64,000 nt of DNA from an uncultured Poribacteria bacterium. Its GTDB lineage: Bacteria; Poribacteria; WGA-4E; WGA-3G. Shown here piece after piece: positions 27,904 to 37,000 of this stretch; within the stretch, counting starts at the first letter, position 1, and every line of letters starts with the position of its first letter. Below the pieces are notes generated by a model. It did no database searches. It was given only the letters and a program-made list of their open reading frames with translations, and had not been told where the DNA came from. The position numbers and the translations under genes were made by a program. The stretch covers positions 1,344,001 to 1,408,000 of the forward strand of contig CATQHZ020000001.1 in assembly GCA_958296135.2 (NCBI GenBank), read 5' to 3'.

Positions 27904-28776
27904 GTGGAAAAACTTGGCATCATCGCTGGCGCGGGCGGGCTTCCTGTTCAATTAGCACACGCCGCCATCGTCCAAAACAGACAACCGGTTATCGTTCAAA
28001 TTACTGAGGCGGATGCAGGACGGTTTGCTGGACTTGCCGTGGAAATCTACTCCTTCGGTGTTGGGCAGCTCCAAAAAATCATCAAAACGCTGCGTGATGC
28101 TGATGTCCACGAAATCGTCATCATCGGCAAGGTTGAAAAGAATATCCTGCTTCGTCCCTTTCAGGTTGATGCCACGACGTTGAAGATTTTAGCGAAAAAC
28201 CGCTTTTTGGGTAGCGCAAGGCGTGATAAGCGAGACTCAGGACTTGAAACACAAGAAGATACCGAACGCCGCCTTGCGTATGACAGAAAAATCGTTGTTG
28301 CAATTCTCGACCATTTTGAAGCGTCCGGTATTGCTGTCCTGCCGCAAGATAGGTTCCTCACGCATCTCCTGCCGCAGCCTGGCGTTTTAACGGCGCGCGG
28401 ACCGGCAGCGCGCCAATCCGCAGACTCCCACTTCGGCATCACGGTCGCGAGGCAAATGGCCAACATGGATATCGGGCAGACAGTCGTCGTTAAAAATCAG
28501 ATTGTGCTTGCGATTGAGGCGATTGAGGGGACAGATGAGACGATTCGGAGAGGGGGAGCTTTGGGGGGGAAGGGCGTTGTCGTTGCCAAAGCCGCCGCCG
28601 AACATCACGATTTCCGAGTCGATGTGCCGACGGTAGGTATGCAGACGTTGCAGACGTTGCGTGACGTGAAAGCGCGGGTGTTGGCAGTGGAAGCACGGCG
28701 CACCTTCGTCATGGATGCAGACGCGCTCATTGCACAAGCAGACCGGTGGAAAATCGCAATCGTCGCCGTGGCGTAA
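27904..28776 (+). CDS. lpxI: UDP-2,3-diacylglucosamine diphosphatase
   Basis: 'LGIIAGAGGLP', 'DIGQTVVV', 'AIEAIEGTDETIRR', 'DVPTVG'; follows lpxA. Confidence 0.9.
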   Translation: MEKLGIIAGAGGLPVQLAHAAIVQNRQPVIVQITEADAGRFAGLAVEIYSFGVGQLQKIIKTLRDADVHEIVIIGKVEKNILLRPFQVDATTLKILAKNRFLGSARRDKRDSGLETQEDTERRLAYDRKIVVAILDHFEASGIAVLPQDRFLTHLLPQPGVLTARGPAARQSADSHFGITVARQMANMDIGQTVVVKNQIVLAIEAIEGTDETIRRGGALGGKGVVVAKAAAEHHDFRVDVPTVGMQTLQTLRDVKARVLAVEARRTFVMDADALIAQADRWKIAIVAVA

Positions 28777-28936
28777 TTTTCGTCGTTCGCGATGCGTTCG
28801 GCGTGCATCTCTTGGGGATATGAATGTTGACTGGCCATGCCGTCTTGATGTTTTCAAGACTTGCCTGCTCTTTTTCTGTAAAAAGGGTATGGATTCCGTT
28901 TCCACGGTATCCACACCCTCTTCGCTGGTGCGCCAA

Positions 28937-29167
28937 TTACGCTCCATCAATGGCAGTGGTTATCTGCCCGGTCGTTGGGAACTGCCCGGTTTTCAGTTTG
29001 GAGTAGAGCAACGTCCCGTTCAACGAGACCTCGAAGGCTCCACCACTGCTGGGTACCAGGTCCACCGTCTTCATCTCCGCGCCATAGTTCTTCTTCAAGG
29101 CATCTGCCAAACTGGCTGCCCGTGGCTCGTAGTTTCAGGCGGTGCAGTATTCGATTCTTACTTCCAT
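28937..29167 (-). CDS. Rdx/SelW-family selenoprotein (CxxU), 76 aa, requires UGA recoding
   Basis: AAGGAGG SD plus ATG 29167. Translates MEVRIEYCTA-U(TGA 29137-29135)-NYEPRAASLADALKK...PSSGGAFEVSLNGTLLYSKLKTGQFP; SECIS-like hairpin follows the TGA. Confidence 0.9.
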
Positions 29168-29268
29168 GATTTTAATCCTCCTTATAGCAATCACGCGGAA
29201 CAAAGCGCGCCTCCCGAACATTTTAGGAGTTTGCGTAAGTCCCGCTCAGTTGCGTGTTAACATCTTTA

Positions 29269-29297
29269 ATTTTACCACAAACGTTTGAAAATTGCAA
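29269..29297 (-). promoter_or_regulatory. Sigma70-type promoter of the selenoprotein gene
   Basis: TTGCAA-17bp-TAAAAT with TGTGG extension. Confidence 0.65.
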
Positions 29298-29433
29298 GTT
29301 TTTTTAGAGTTGTCTGAATCGTGGATTTGTCGGATCCCAAACCCGGTAGGTGCGCCAGCGCGTGCGCGGTTTCAAACCGCGCCTATCGGCTGAAAAATAA
29401 GGGCTAGCGTATCAAACATTAAGGAGAAGACTG

Positions 29434-30186
29434 GTGGATATCCAACTGAAAAACAAGGTTGCCGTGATTACTGGCGGATCGACCGGCATTGGCGCGGCGA
29501 CAGCGATGGCTTATTCTAAGGCTGGCGCGAGCGTCGTCTTCGGCGATATTAACGAAGAAGATGCCGAGAAGACCCGCAAGCTCCTTGTCAATAATGGCGG
29601 CAGTGCAAAGTTCCAACATACCGATGTCACCGTGGAATCGGAGGTAGCGGCATTAATCGGCACGGCTGAACGTGAGTTTGGCGGCGTTGACGTGTTGGTA
29701 ACCTCGGCAGGTATCTTGCGCGGTCCGAGCGTCCGTGTTGATGACTTTGGAGCCGCAACCTTTGACTCCGTGATAGATGTCAATCTCAAAGGCACGTTTT
29801 ATGCCGTGAAGCATGCTGTGCCCGTGATGGAGAGGCGTGGCGGCGGCGTTATCTTGTGTATCGCTTCGGGGGCAGGTGTTCGGGGAGGGAGTTCCTCGGT
29901 TGCGTATGCGTCAAGCAAAGGCGGGGTCAACGGGCTTGTGATGACGGTAGAAAACCAAGTCGCTTCCCTGAATATCCGTATGCATACGATTTGTCCGGGT
30001 GGCCTTGCAACGCCGCTGAAGTTGGGGCAGATCGCGGAGTCTGCGAGGCGCGGTGGGCAAGATGCAGATGTGGCAGTAGCGAATGCGCGGCATTCGCTTG
30101 GAGATCCGGCGGGTGTGGCGCGCATTTTGACGTTTCTCGCTTCGGATGAGGCATCCTATGTGCGCGGTCAGATTTTTACGCGGTAA
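29434..30186 (+). CDS. SDR family oxidoreductase
   Basis: 'TGGSTGIG' and catalytic 'YASSK'. Confidence 0.9.
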   Translation: MDIQLKNKVAVITGGSTGIGAATAMAYSKAGASVVFGDINEEDAEKTRKLLVNNGGSAKFQHTDVTVESEVAALIGTAEREFGGVDVLVTSAGILRGPSVRVDDFGAATFDSVIDVNLKGTFYAVKHAVPVMERRGGGVILCIASGAGVRGGSSSVAYASSKGGVNGLVMTVENQVASLNIRMHTICPGGLATPLKLGQIAESARRGGQDADVAVANARHSLGDPAGVARILTFLASDEASYVRGQIFTR

Positions 30187-30199
30187 ACGCCGTTTTTAA

Positions 30200-30322
30200 G
30201 TAGCGCGGGGGCCTGTTCCCCGCGATGTCTCGATCTTCGCGAAAACCGTCCGAGGCCGAAGGGTGCCAGGACGGTTTTCGTTATGACCGGTGCTTGGCGC
30301 GGGCCAGGCCCTCGCCCTACGG
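30200..30322. mobile_element. REP-flanked MITE/REPIN-like element
   Basis: Inverted family-A REPs enclose a core with a GAAAACCGTCC/GGACGGTTTTC stem; core resembles 10420-10490. Confidence 0.6.
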
Positions 30323-30386
30323 TGGGGGAGAGGAATTTGGACAAGGCGCGGGACAGGAAACCCTCGCCCTACGTGCACAACAAGTT

Positions 30387-30740
30387 TTACTTCGGGTTGA
30401 ACACGTAATCAAAACTCAGCCAGAGACTTCTGGAATAGCGATAGAAGAAGACTGGGAAGATGGCGGAAAATAGGCCCCATCCGACTAAATTAAGCGCGAA
30501 TGGAATGCCCGTGAATACCTCAAGCAGGAAGTAACCCGGAAAGGCGATGCCTACCGTCGCGCCGTAGTTGAGATACATCGCGCCGACAAAATAGCCGGGC
30601 TCGCGTTCAAATTTCAAACCGCATTCCGGACAGTGGGTGGCCATCGAAAAACGTCTTTGAAACAACGAACCTTGTTCACATTTGGGGCATTTGAGGCGAA
30701 AGCCGTAACGGAGGGCTCGCGCGAAGTTTTTGAGTTTCAT
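30387..30740 (-). CDS. DUF983-like membrane protein with two CxxC motifs
   Basis: 'CPKC..GSLF', 'CPECGLKFEREPGYF'; two TM helices. Confidence 0.8.
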   Translation of the reverse strand: MKLKNFARALRYGFRLKCPKCEQGSLFQRRFSMATHCPECGLKFEREPGYFVGAMYLNYGATVGIAFPGYFLLEVFTGIPFALNLVGWGLFSAIFPVFFYRYSRSLWLSFDYVFNPK

Positions 30741-30812
30741 GGTGCGGTAACGGGACGCTAAGGTTCGCGAGGGCCAGGCGCTCGCGCTACGTTTGACATA
30801 CCGGGGGCCGAC

Positions 30813-31454
<642 letters not shown>

Positions 31455-31469
31455 GCGCGGTCGCGATTC

Positions 31470-32588
31470 CTAAGTTTTCTTAACTGCTTCAAAAACGTTG
31501 AGATATTGTTGCGCGATGCGGTTCCAGTTAAAATGGGTGCGTATCCGCTCGGGTGCCTGGTTTCGGAGTGCCTCAACTTCGTCAGGGTGGCTCTCTAAAT
31601 GCTCGATTTTCGTTTGCAAGTCACGGGCGTTTTTCTCAAACAGCACGCCATACCGGCCGCTGTCTAAGACTTCATAGTTGAACGGCGTATTCAGTGCGAG
31701 GATGCAATTAGAGAACCCCAGTGCCTTCAAAATGGATGGGTTGATGCCGCCAAACTGATGGCCGTGGATGTAAGCGAAGCAGTGATGGTGCAGTTCCTTG
31801 ATATGCTCCGAATTGTCAATGTGTCCGAGGAACTTGACGTTGTCGTTGGCGATGCGTTTCAGTTTATCCAAAAACTCGTTTTCGAGTTTATTGCCGCGGT
31901 AATCCGCGCTGCCAGCGATGGCGAACTGCTTCTGACTGTTGGACGCGACGAACGCCTCTAAAATCAGATCGGCGTTGTTATCCGGCACAAGCCGACTCGC
32001 GATGAGGTAGTAGTCCCGCGATTTAAGCCCATATTCTTCAAGAACTTCCGGATGTTCCGACGGTTCGATGTTCGCGCCGTAGGCGATGTAAGTGGTTTCT
32101 GCACCGAGTTCCTCAAGGTAGAGCCGCTTCATTTCATCGGCATCGGTGATAACGACCGGAAACGCGGCTGTCGCCATTTTTGCCGCCCACTTAAAGTAAA
32201 TCGCGCCTAATCCCTTCCATTTCGGACGGAGCCATTCCATGCCATCGACGTTGATAACGGCGGGTTTCCCCGCGAGCCGAAAGAACCATCCGAAAGGACC
32301 GTTGCCGGCATTCCATGTCAAGATAACGTCTGAGGGTGCCACCGAAGCGTGCAGCGTCGCTAAAAAACTGTGGCTGAGGGTGCTGAACATTTTATGTTCA
32401 ATACTCGGCAGATAGACGAGTTTGATGCCCTGCCATTCCCGTGGCCGCTCTTTAAAGAGTGCTTTTCGGCAGTAGACGATGACTTCGTGGCCTGACTCTA
32501 CCCAGCGCGGCGCGAGTTCACTCATGATGGTTTCTAGTCCACTATAGGTAGCGGGGAGCCCGCGAATGCCTAAGACGCGAATTCTCAT
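31470..32588 (-). CDS. Glycosyltransferase family 4 (DUF1972-type)
   Basis: ATG 32588; 'LGIRGLPATYSGLET', 'INVDGMEWLRPKW', 'YIHGHQFGGINPS'. Confidence 0.88.
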   Translation of the reverse strand: MRIRVLGIRGLPATYSGLETIMSELAPRWVESGHEVIVYCRKALFKERPREWQGIKLVYLPSIEHKMFSTLSHSFLATLHASVAPSDVILTWNAGNGPFGWFFRLAGKPAVINVDGMEWLRPKWKGLGAIYFKWAAKMATAAFPVVITDADEMKRLYLEELGAETTYIAYGANIEPSEHPEVLEEYGLKSRDYYLIASRLVPDNNADLILEAFVASNSQKQFAIAGSADYRGNKLENEFLDKLKRIANDNVKFLGHIDNSEHIKELHHHCFAYIHGHQFGGINPSILKALGFSNCILALNTPFNYEVLDSGRYGVLFEKNARDLQTKIEHLESHPDEVEALRNQAPERIRTHFNWNRIAQQYLNVFEAVKKT

Positions 32589-32745
32589 ATTTTTGTATGT
32601 CCTACCGGGTGCGTTTTCCTCTTTGTAGGTGAAGCTCGCCTGAGCTTTACCTGTTTGCGATGCGGCGCACTCATCGCAAACCACAGAGATGGGACTGAAT
32701 CGCTCTGCAGGTTCGTGTTGTCTCTCAAAGCAGGTGCTGCTATAT

Positions 32746-32774
32746 ATTATACCCACTTTTGGGGCCAAAGTCAA
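32746..32774 (-). promoter_or_regulatory. Sigma70-type promoter
   Basis: TTGACT-17bp-TATAAT. Confidence 0.65.
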
Positions 32775-32900
32775 ATTTCCTTTGTCCGATAATGGGCCCT
32801 TGGTGCGTAGCGTGGTTTTGCTCAGTCAGGCTTCGCGAGGGACAGTGGACATCTCTGCAGCGAGGCGGCAGAGATGACAACGTTAAAGTAAGTAAGGTAG

Positions 32901-32994
32901 CGTGTTTACGCGGGGCGACACACGCACATTTTCTGTAGACGTGACCGTGTTTACGCGGGGCGACACACGCACTTTTTCTGTAGGCGTGACCGTG
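32901..32994. repeat. 45-bp tandem duplication
   Basis: CGTGTTTACGCGGGGCGACACACGCAC at 32901 and 32946. Confidence 0.85.
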
Positions 32995-33083
32995 ACGGCC
33001 CTCGCGCTACGTGCCAGAGGCGATGTTTGTTTCGCTCATTAGACGAACAATTCCCGTTAAATCTTCATTTAAATTGCTCGCGC

Positions 33084-34811
33084 CTACCAGAGGGGCTCAA
33101 ACCGATACAGCACACTCGCTTGGATTTCGTTGCCGCTTTCATGCGCGTCTCTGCGATTGCCGACGTTGCGCCGCCAAATCCGAGCCCACTCTGCATAGAG
33201 AGAATAGTGTCCGATCGAAACCCAGTTAACCCCCACTTTCAACCGATGCTCACTCTCCGTGATGCCCGATAATGGTGTCCACATGTCGTCGGCGGGTGCG
33301 TCCGCGGGGTGCCGTTTATTGATGTCGCCTGAACCGTGGCGTTCCCAATCGTATGTGAAAACGGATTCAAGTTTATCTGTCCACCGATGGCGCAGTTGCA
33401 CCCATAGGTTATCTGCATCGGTGCCGATGTGATGCCCAATAACAGACGTGAAATGTTTGTAAACGTTTACAGGATTTTCGTGTGTATACGCATATTGGTT
33501 GATAAAGGCGTATTCGGCGTGGAGATCTGTGTCGGCGATGCCGAGGGGCTCGGTGAGGTAGATGCCGCCGAGGATGCCGAACTTTGTGTCCCAATGCTTG
33601 AAACTCGCGAACGGGTCTCCATCGTCAAACATGAGTTCGCCGTATATCTCGAAATTGTCGACAAGTCTGAGTCGCATGTCGACACTAGCGAGGACATTAT
33701 CGCCGCTGCCGGGTGCGCGGCTATCGGCGCGCGAGATTGTCTGCTCGTTAATCAGATAGATGTTGATAGGGTTTAGATATCCCGGTTCAAAGCGGTTTCC
33801 GTAGACGACGACTTCGGAGAGTCCGAATCCAAACCGATTCCAGAAATACCCCTCCGCTCTGTGTCCTGAAATATATTTCTGGTTGATGTCCTCCGCCATA
33901 TCCTCCAACACGCCGGTGAATCCGGTGAACGTGACGTTTTTGTAAGTGGCTTGCAATTTGAGCATGTCCCAGGCGATTGGGTTTTCGGAGATGAGCAGGT
34001 TGCCGTGATAGCCAGGTCCCCATCGGAGATTATCTTGTCCGAGTTGCAATTCAAACCATGGCAAGTTGAACTTGAGGTAGCTATTCGTAGCTGCCCGATT
34101 TTTTAGTTGCCCTTCCAGTTGCCCTTCCAGTTGCCGATATTTTGATTCATCGGGGTAGATGTCGTTAAAAAAGTCGCCGTATAGCCACCGGTATGCCATA
34201 TCCGTGGTGAAGGCGAATTCCTCGCCGACTTGTCCGTAGAGTTGCGGTAACGGTGTGGTGACGAACATCGTTCCTTCAACCGGCGGTTCTCCTGATACAT
34301 TATCCACTAGTCGGGTGATTGTGCGTTGCTTCGCCCGTAAGTCAAAAGAGAACCGGTAGGAGTGCCTCCCTGGTCGCGAGTCCTCTTTTTTTTCTGGTTG
34401 CGGTTTCTCCTTTCCCGGTCGCGGTTTCTCCGAACTGAATGTCAGTAGGTGCATTTTTCGGTGGAAAGGCGTACCTGTGCCTGCTTCTGTGTAAAACGCT
34501 AAGAGTGCCTGCAGCCGCTTTGCGTCGTTGGTGCTCAGCGTTACTTCGCCGTTTTCCTGCTTCCGCGCTGCTTCTGTCAGGAGCGATGCCACCTGTTTCC
34601 GCGTGAGTGGCAGCGAACCGCGCGGCATGCCGGGCAACACCCTCTTATTAAGTAAACGATGAATAAAGCGATAGGTTTCACGATTAAAATCGGAGATATT
34701 GGGATTCAGCGGAACGTTGAGCATCGAGGCGGCTTCCGCAGCGGGTGAAGCCGCGAGACACACCGCGATGCAAACAATAAATAGGGAACGTAACATCGTC
34801 TGTAGGAGCAC
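33084..34811 (-). CDS. Capsule assembly Wzi-like outer-membrane protein
   Basis: Signal peptide; 'PLTRKQVA'; 'GQDNLRWGPGYHGNLLISEN'; beta-barrel-like C-terminus. Alternative start 34796. Confidence 0.75.
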   Translation of the reverse strand: MLLQTMLRSLFIVCIAVCLAASPAAEAASMLNVPLNPNISDFNRETYRFIHRLLNKRVLPGMPRGSLPLTRKQVASLLTEAARKQENGEVTLSTNDAKRLQALLAFYTEAGTGTPFHRKMHLLTFSSEKPRPGKEKPQPEKKEDSRPGRHSYRFSFDLRAKQRTITRLVDNVSGEPPVEGTMFVTTPLPQLYGQVGEEFAFTTDMAYRWLYGDFFNDIYPDESKYRQLEGQLEGQLKNRAATNSYLKFNLPWFELQLGQDNLRWGPGYHGNLLISENPIAWDMLKLQATYKNVTFTGFTGVLEDMAEDINQKYISGHRAEGYFWNRFGFGLSEVVVYGNRFEPGYLNPINIYLINEQTISRADSRAPGSGDNVLASVDMRLRLVDNFEIYGELMFDDGDPFASFKHWDTKFGILGGIYLTEPLGIADTDLHAEYAFINQYAYTHENPVNVYKHFTSVIGHHIGTDADNLWVQLRHRWTDKLESVFTYDWERHGSGDINKRHPADAPADDMWTPLSGITESEHRLKVGVNWVSIGHYSLYAEWARIWRRNVGNRRDAHESGNEIQASVLYRFEPLW

Positions 34812-34832
34812 TCTCCTGAGCGCGATTCCTCC

Positions 34833-36959
34833 TTATTTTAAAATTACCATCTGGCGCGTTGCTTTAACGTTGCCGGCGTGTAACGTGTAAAAGTAGATGC
34901 CGCTTGCGACAAGTTCTCCCGCGGCGTTACGGCCGTCCCAATGCGCGGCCTGGGCGCGAGAGCGATAGGTGCCAGCCGTTTGAAAACCGGCTGATAGCCG
35001 CCGGACAGATTCGCCCTTTAGTGTCCAGATGTGGATAGAAACTTCGGCATTTTCCGCCAAATCGTAAGGTATCCACGTCTCCGGGTTGAAAGGATTGGGA
35101 TAATTCGGCAAGAGTGTTGTCTTGGGAGGTGTCACCGTTGCTAACAGTTGTTCCAAGGCAGCAATGCCCTCGCGAAAGAGTGCAGAGCCATCATTGGCAG
35201 CATGTGCGTCCGACAGCCATGTTGCAACACAGGCTGCATGTTCTGGTTGAAGGGACATGGTGCTTGGAGGAGCCCCTGGATTGCTAGATTCTCCGAAATG
35301 TGAGGCTACGATGAGTAGATCGATGACATCAACGGTGCCGTCTTGATTCACGTCCGCTTTGGGATGTTCAAGTTTCTCCATGCCGGTGGACTCTTGAGTG
35401 ATAAGGAGCTCCTTAAGGTTTGATACCCGTCGCGGGTATGCTTTCCATAAACCGGTCTTCACGCCAAAATTGTTTGAGACGATGAGTAGATCTCGGATGT
35501 CAACCACTCCATCGTTGTTGATGTCCCACGGTAGGGTTTGCCTTAACCTCAGCGTATTCCCTGTCCCCGATGTTTGTCTCAGCAGGTACCCTACCGGCAA
35601 AGCTTCCTGCCATCCGGCGCGGCGTCTTTCGCTGAGGTGCGCGGCGAGTGCTGCATTTTCGGGGAGATGGACAAGGTTCTCGGTTCCATCTGAATCTGTC
35701 TCATAATTGTAAAGTTCTGTTTGCCCGTTCCCCCATTCAGTATATCGGTAGCGTTCAGTGCGGATGGAGAAACTTTTCTGCCCGTATTGGCTAAACGCAG
35801 CGGTTTTCCACGGGCGCGTCGGATTTTCAATGACAGGCACCATGCTGATGCCTTCGATTTCGGGCCGGAGCGGCAGTTCGCAGGCATCGGACAACGTTGG
35901 AAAGATGTCAACGAGTTCCACGATGGCCTCCGTTTTTGTATCCTGCGAGTGGCCGGGGATGCTTACAATCAACGGTGAACGAAGCGCGCTCTCGAAAAGG
36001 GTGTGCTTGCCCCACGCTCCATGTTCGCCCAGATGATAGCCGTGGTCGCCGCAGAAAACGGTAATTGTGTTATCTGTCAATCCGAGCGCGTCGAGTTGAT
36101 GTAAAACGCGTCCGACCTGGGTATCTACGTAACTCGTCGCGGCTGCATAGCCGCGCATTAAGGCTAAGGTTTGCTCTTCAGTGAACGGTTCTCCCGCCGC
36201 TGGCGTATCTGAGTAGATATGCATTTCATGCGCAGCGGGCAATCTGATGTCCGGCCGCGCTTCAAACGTTTGTGTCTCATACAAATCAAAGTATTTCCGC
36301 GGGACGTGATAGGGCAAGTGGGGTTTGTAGAAACCCACCGCTAGAAAAAATGGCCCCTCCCGAATTTCTGCCAAAACTTCAGATGCGTGTTTTGCAACTT
36401 GTCCATCGCGAAGTTCATCGTCGCCAACGTCAAGTGCTTGCCAAAGCGGTTTTCCGTTGGGTGCCCGATATCTGGGTGCCCAGTCTGGAATGCTCCAAGA
36501 GTAGCGATAGGCAGAAGGACCATGGGTGACTTTACCGATGGCGCGTGTGTGATAGCCGTGCGCCTTGAAATGTTGCGGGAGCGTGACAACGTCTGACAGT
36601 GCTTCACGAAAAATCTGGCGGTTATGCACAAAACCTGTCGTTTCTGGACGTAATCCGGTGAGCAGAGAGACACGCGATGGATTACAGACCGGAAACTGAC
36701 AATATGCTCGGTTAAAGAGCGTCCCTCGTCGCGCGAGGGCATCGATGTGCGGCGTGTGCATTTCCGAGTGGCCATAGCATCCCAACAACGGCCGCAGATC
36801 ATCCACCATGATGAACAACACGTTATATCGCCGTGCTGCGTGCGCGTTCAAGTTCGGCAGCAGTCCTGTCGTGAGAGCGGCGGCACCGGCTTTCAGGCTT
36901 GTTGAAAGGAAGTCGCGCCGAGTGAACAGGCGTTGCGATGAATTTGGGTTTGTCGACAT
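34833..36959 (-). CDS. Tat-exported S1 sulfatase (iduronate-2-sulfatase-like) with dockerin-like repeats and FlgD-Ig-like tail
   Basis: 'TRRDFL', 'NVLFIMVDDLRP', FGly motif 'CNPSR', 'DINNDGVVDIRD', 'LLPNYPNPFNPETWIPY'. Confidence 0.9.
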   Translation of the reverse strand: MSTNPNSSQRLFTRRDFLSTSLKAGAAALTTGLLPNLNAHAARRYNVLFIMVDDLRPLLGCYGHSEMHTPHIDALARRGTLFNRAYCQFPVCNPSRVSLLTGLRPETTGFVHNRQIFREALSDVVTLPQHFKAHGYHTRAIGKVTHGPSAYRYSWSIPDWAPRYRAPNGKPLWQALDVGDDELRDGQVAKHASEVLAEIREGPFFLAVGFYKPHLPYHVPRKYFDLYETQTFEARPDIRLPAAHEMHIYSDTPAAGEPFTEEQTLALMRGYAAATSYVDTQVGRVLHQLDALGLTDNTITVFCGDHGYHLGEHGAWGKHTLFESALRSPLIVSIPGHSQDTKTEAIVELVDIFPTLSDACELPLRPEIEGISMVPVIENPTRPWKTAAFSQYGQKSFSIRTERYRYTEWGNGQTELYNYETDSDGTENLVHLPENAALAAHLSERRRAGWQEALPVGYLLRQTSGTGNTLRLRQTLPWDINNDGVVDIRDLLIVSNNFGVKTGLWKAYPRRVSNLKELLITQESTGMEKLEHPKADVNQDGTVDVIDLLIVASHFGESSNPGAPPSTMSLQPEHAACVATWLSDAHAANDGSALFREGIAALEQLLATVTPPKTTLLPNYPNPFNPETWIPYDLAENAEVSIHIWTLKGESVRRLSAGFQTAGTYRSRAQAAHWDGRNAAGELVASGIYFYTLHAGNVKATRQMVILK

Positions 36960-37000
36960 AGATGTTCGCCTCGCGCCATTAAGAGATTCGTTGAGTCCAA

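Noticed and set aside
28715-29260. 181-aa plus-strand ORF
   Set aside because: It is the antisense shadow of the selenoprotein gene plus repeat DNA.
34105-34135. 12-bp in-frame tandem repeat (QLEG-QLEG-QL) in the Wzi-like gene
   Set aside because: Only about 2.5 copies and frame-neutral; no evidence of phase variation.
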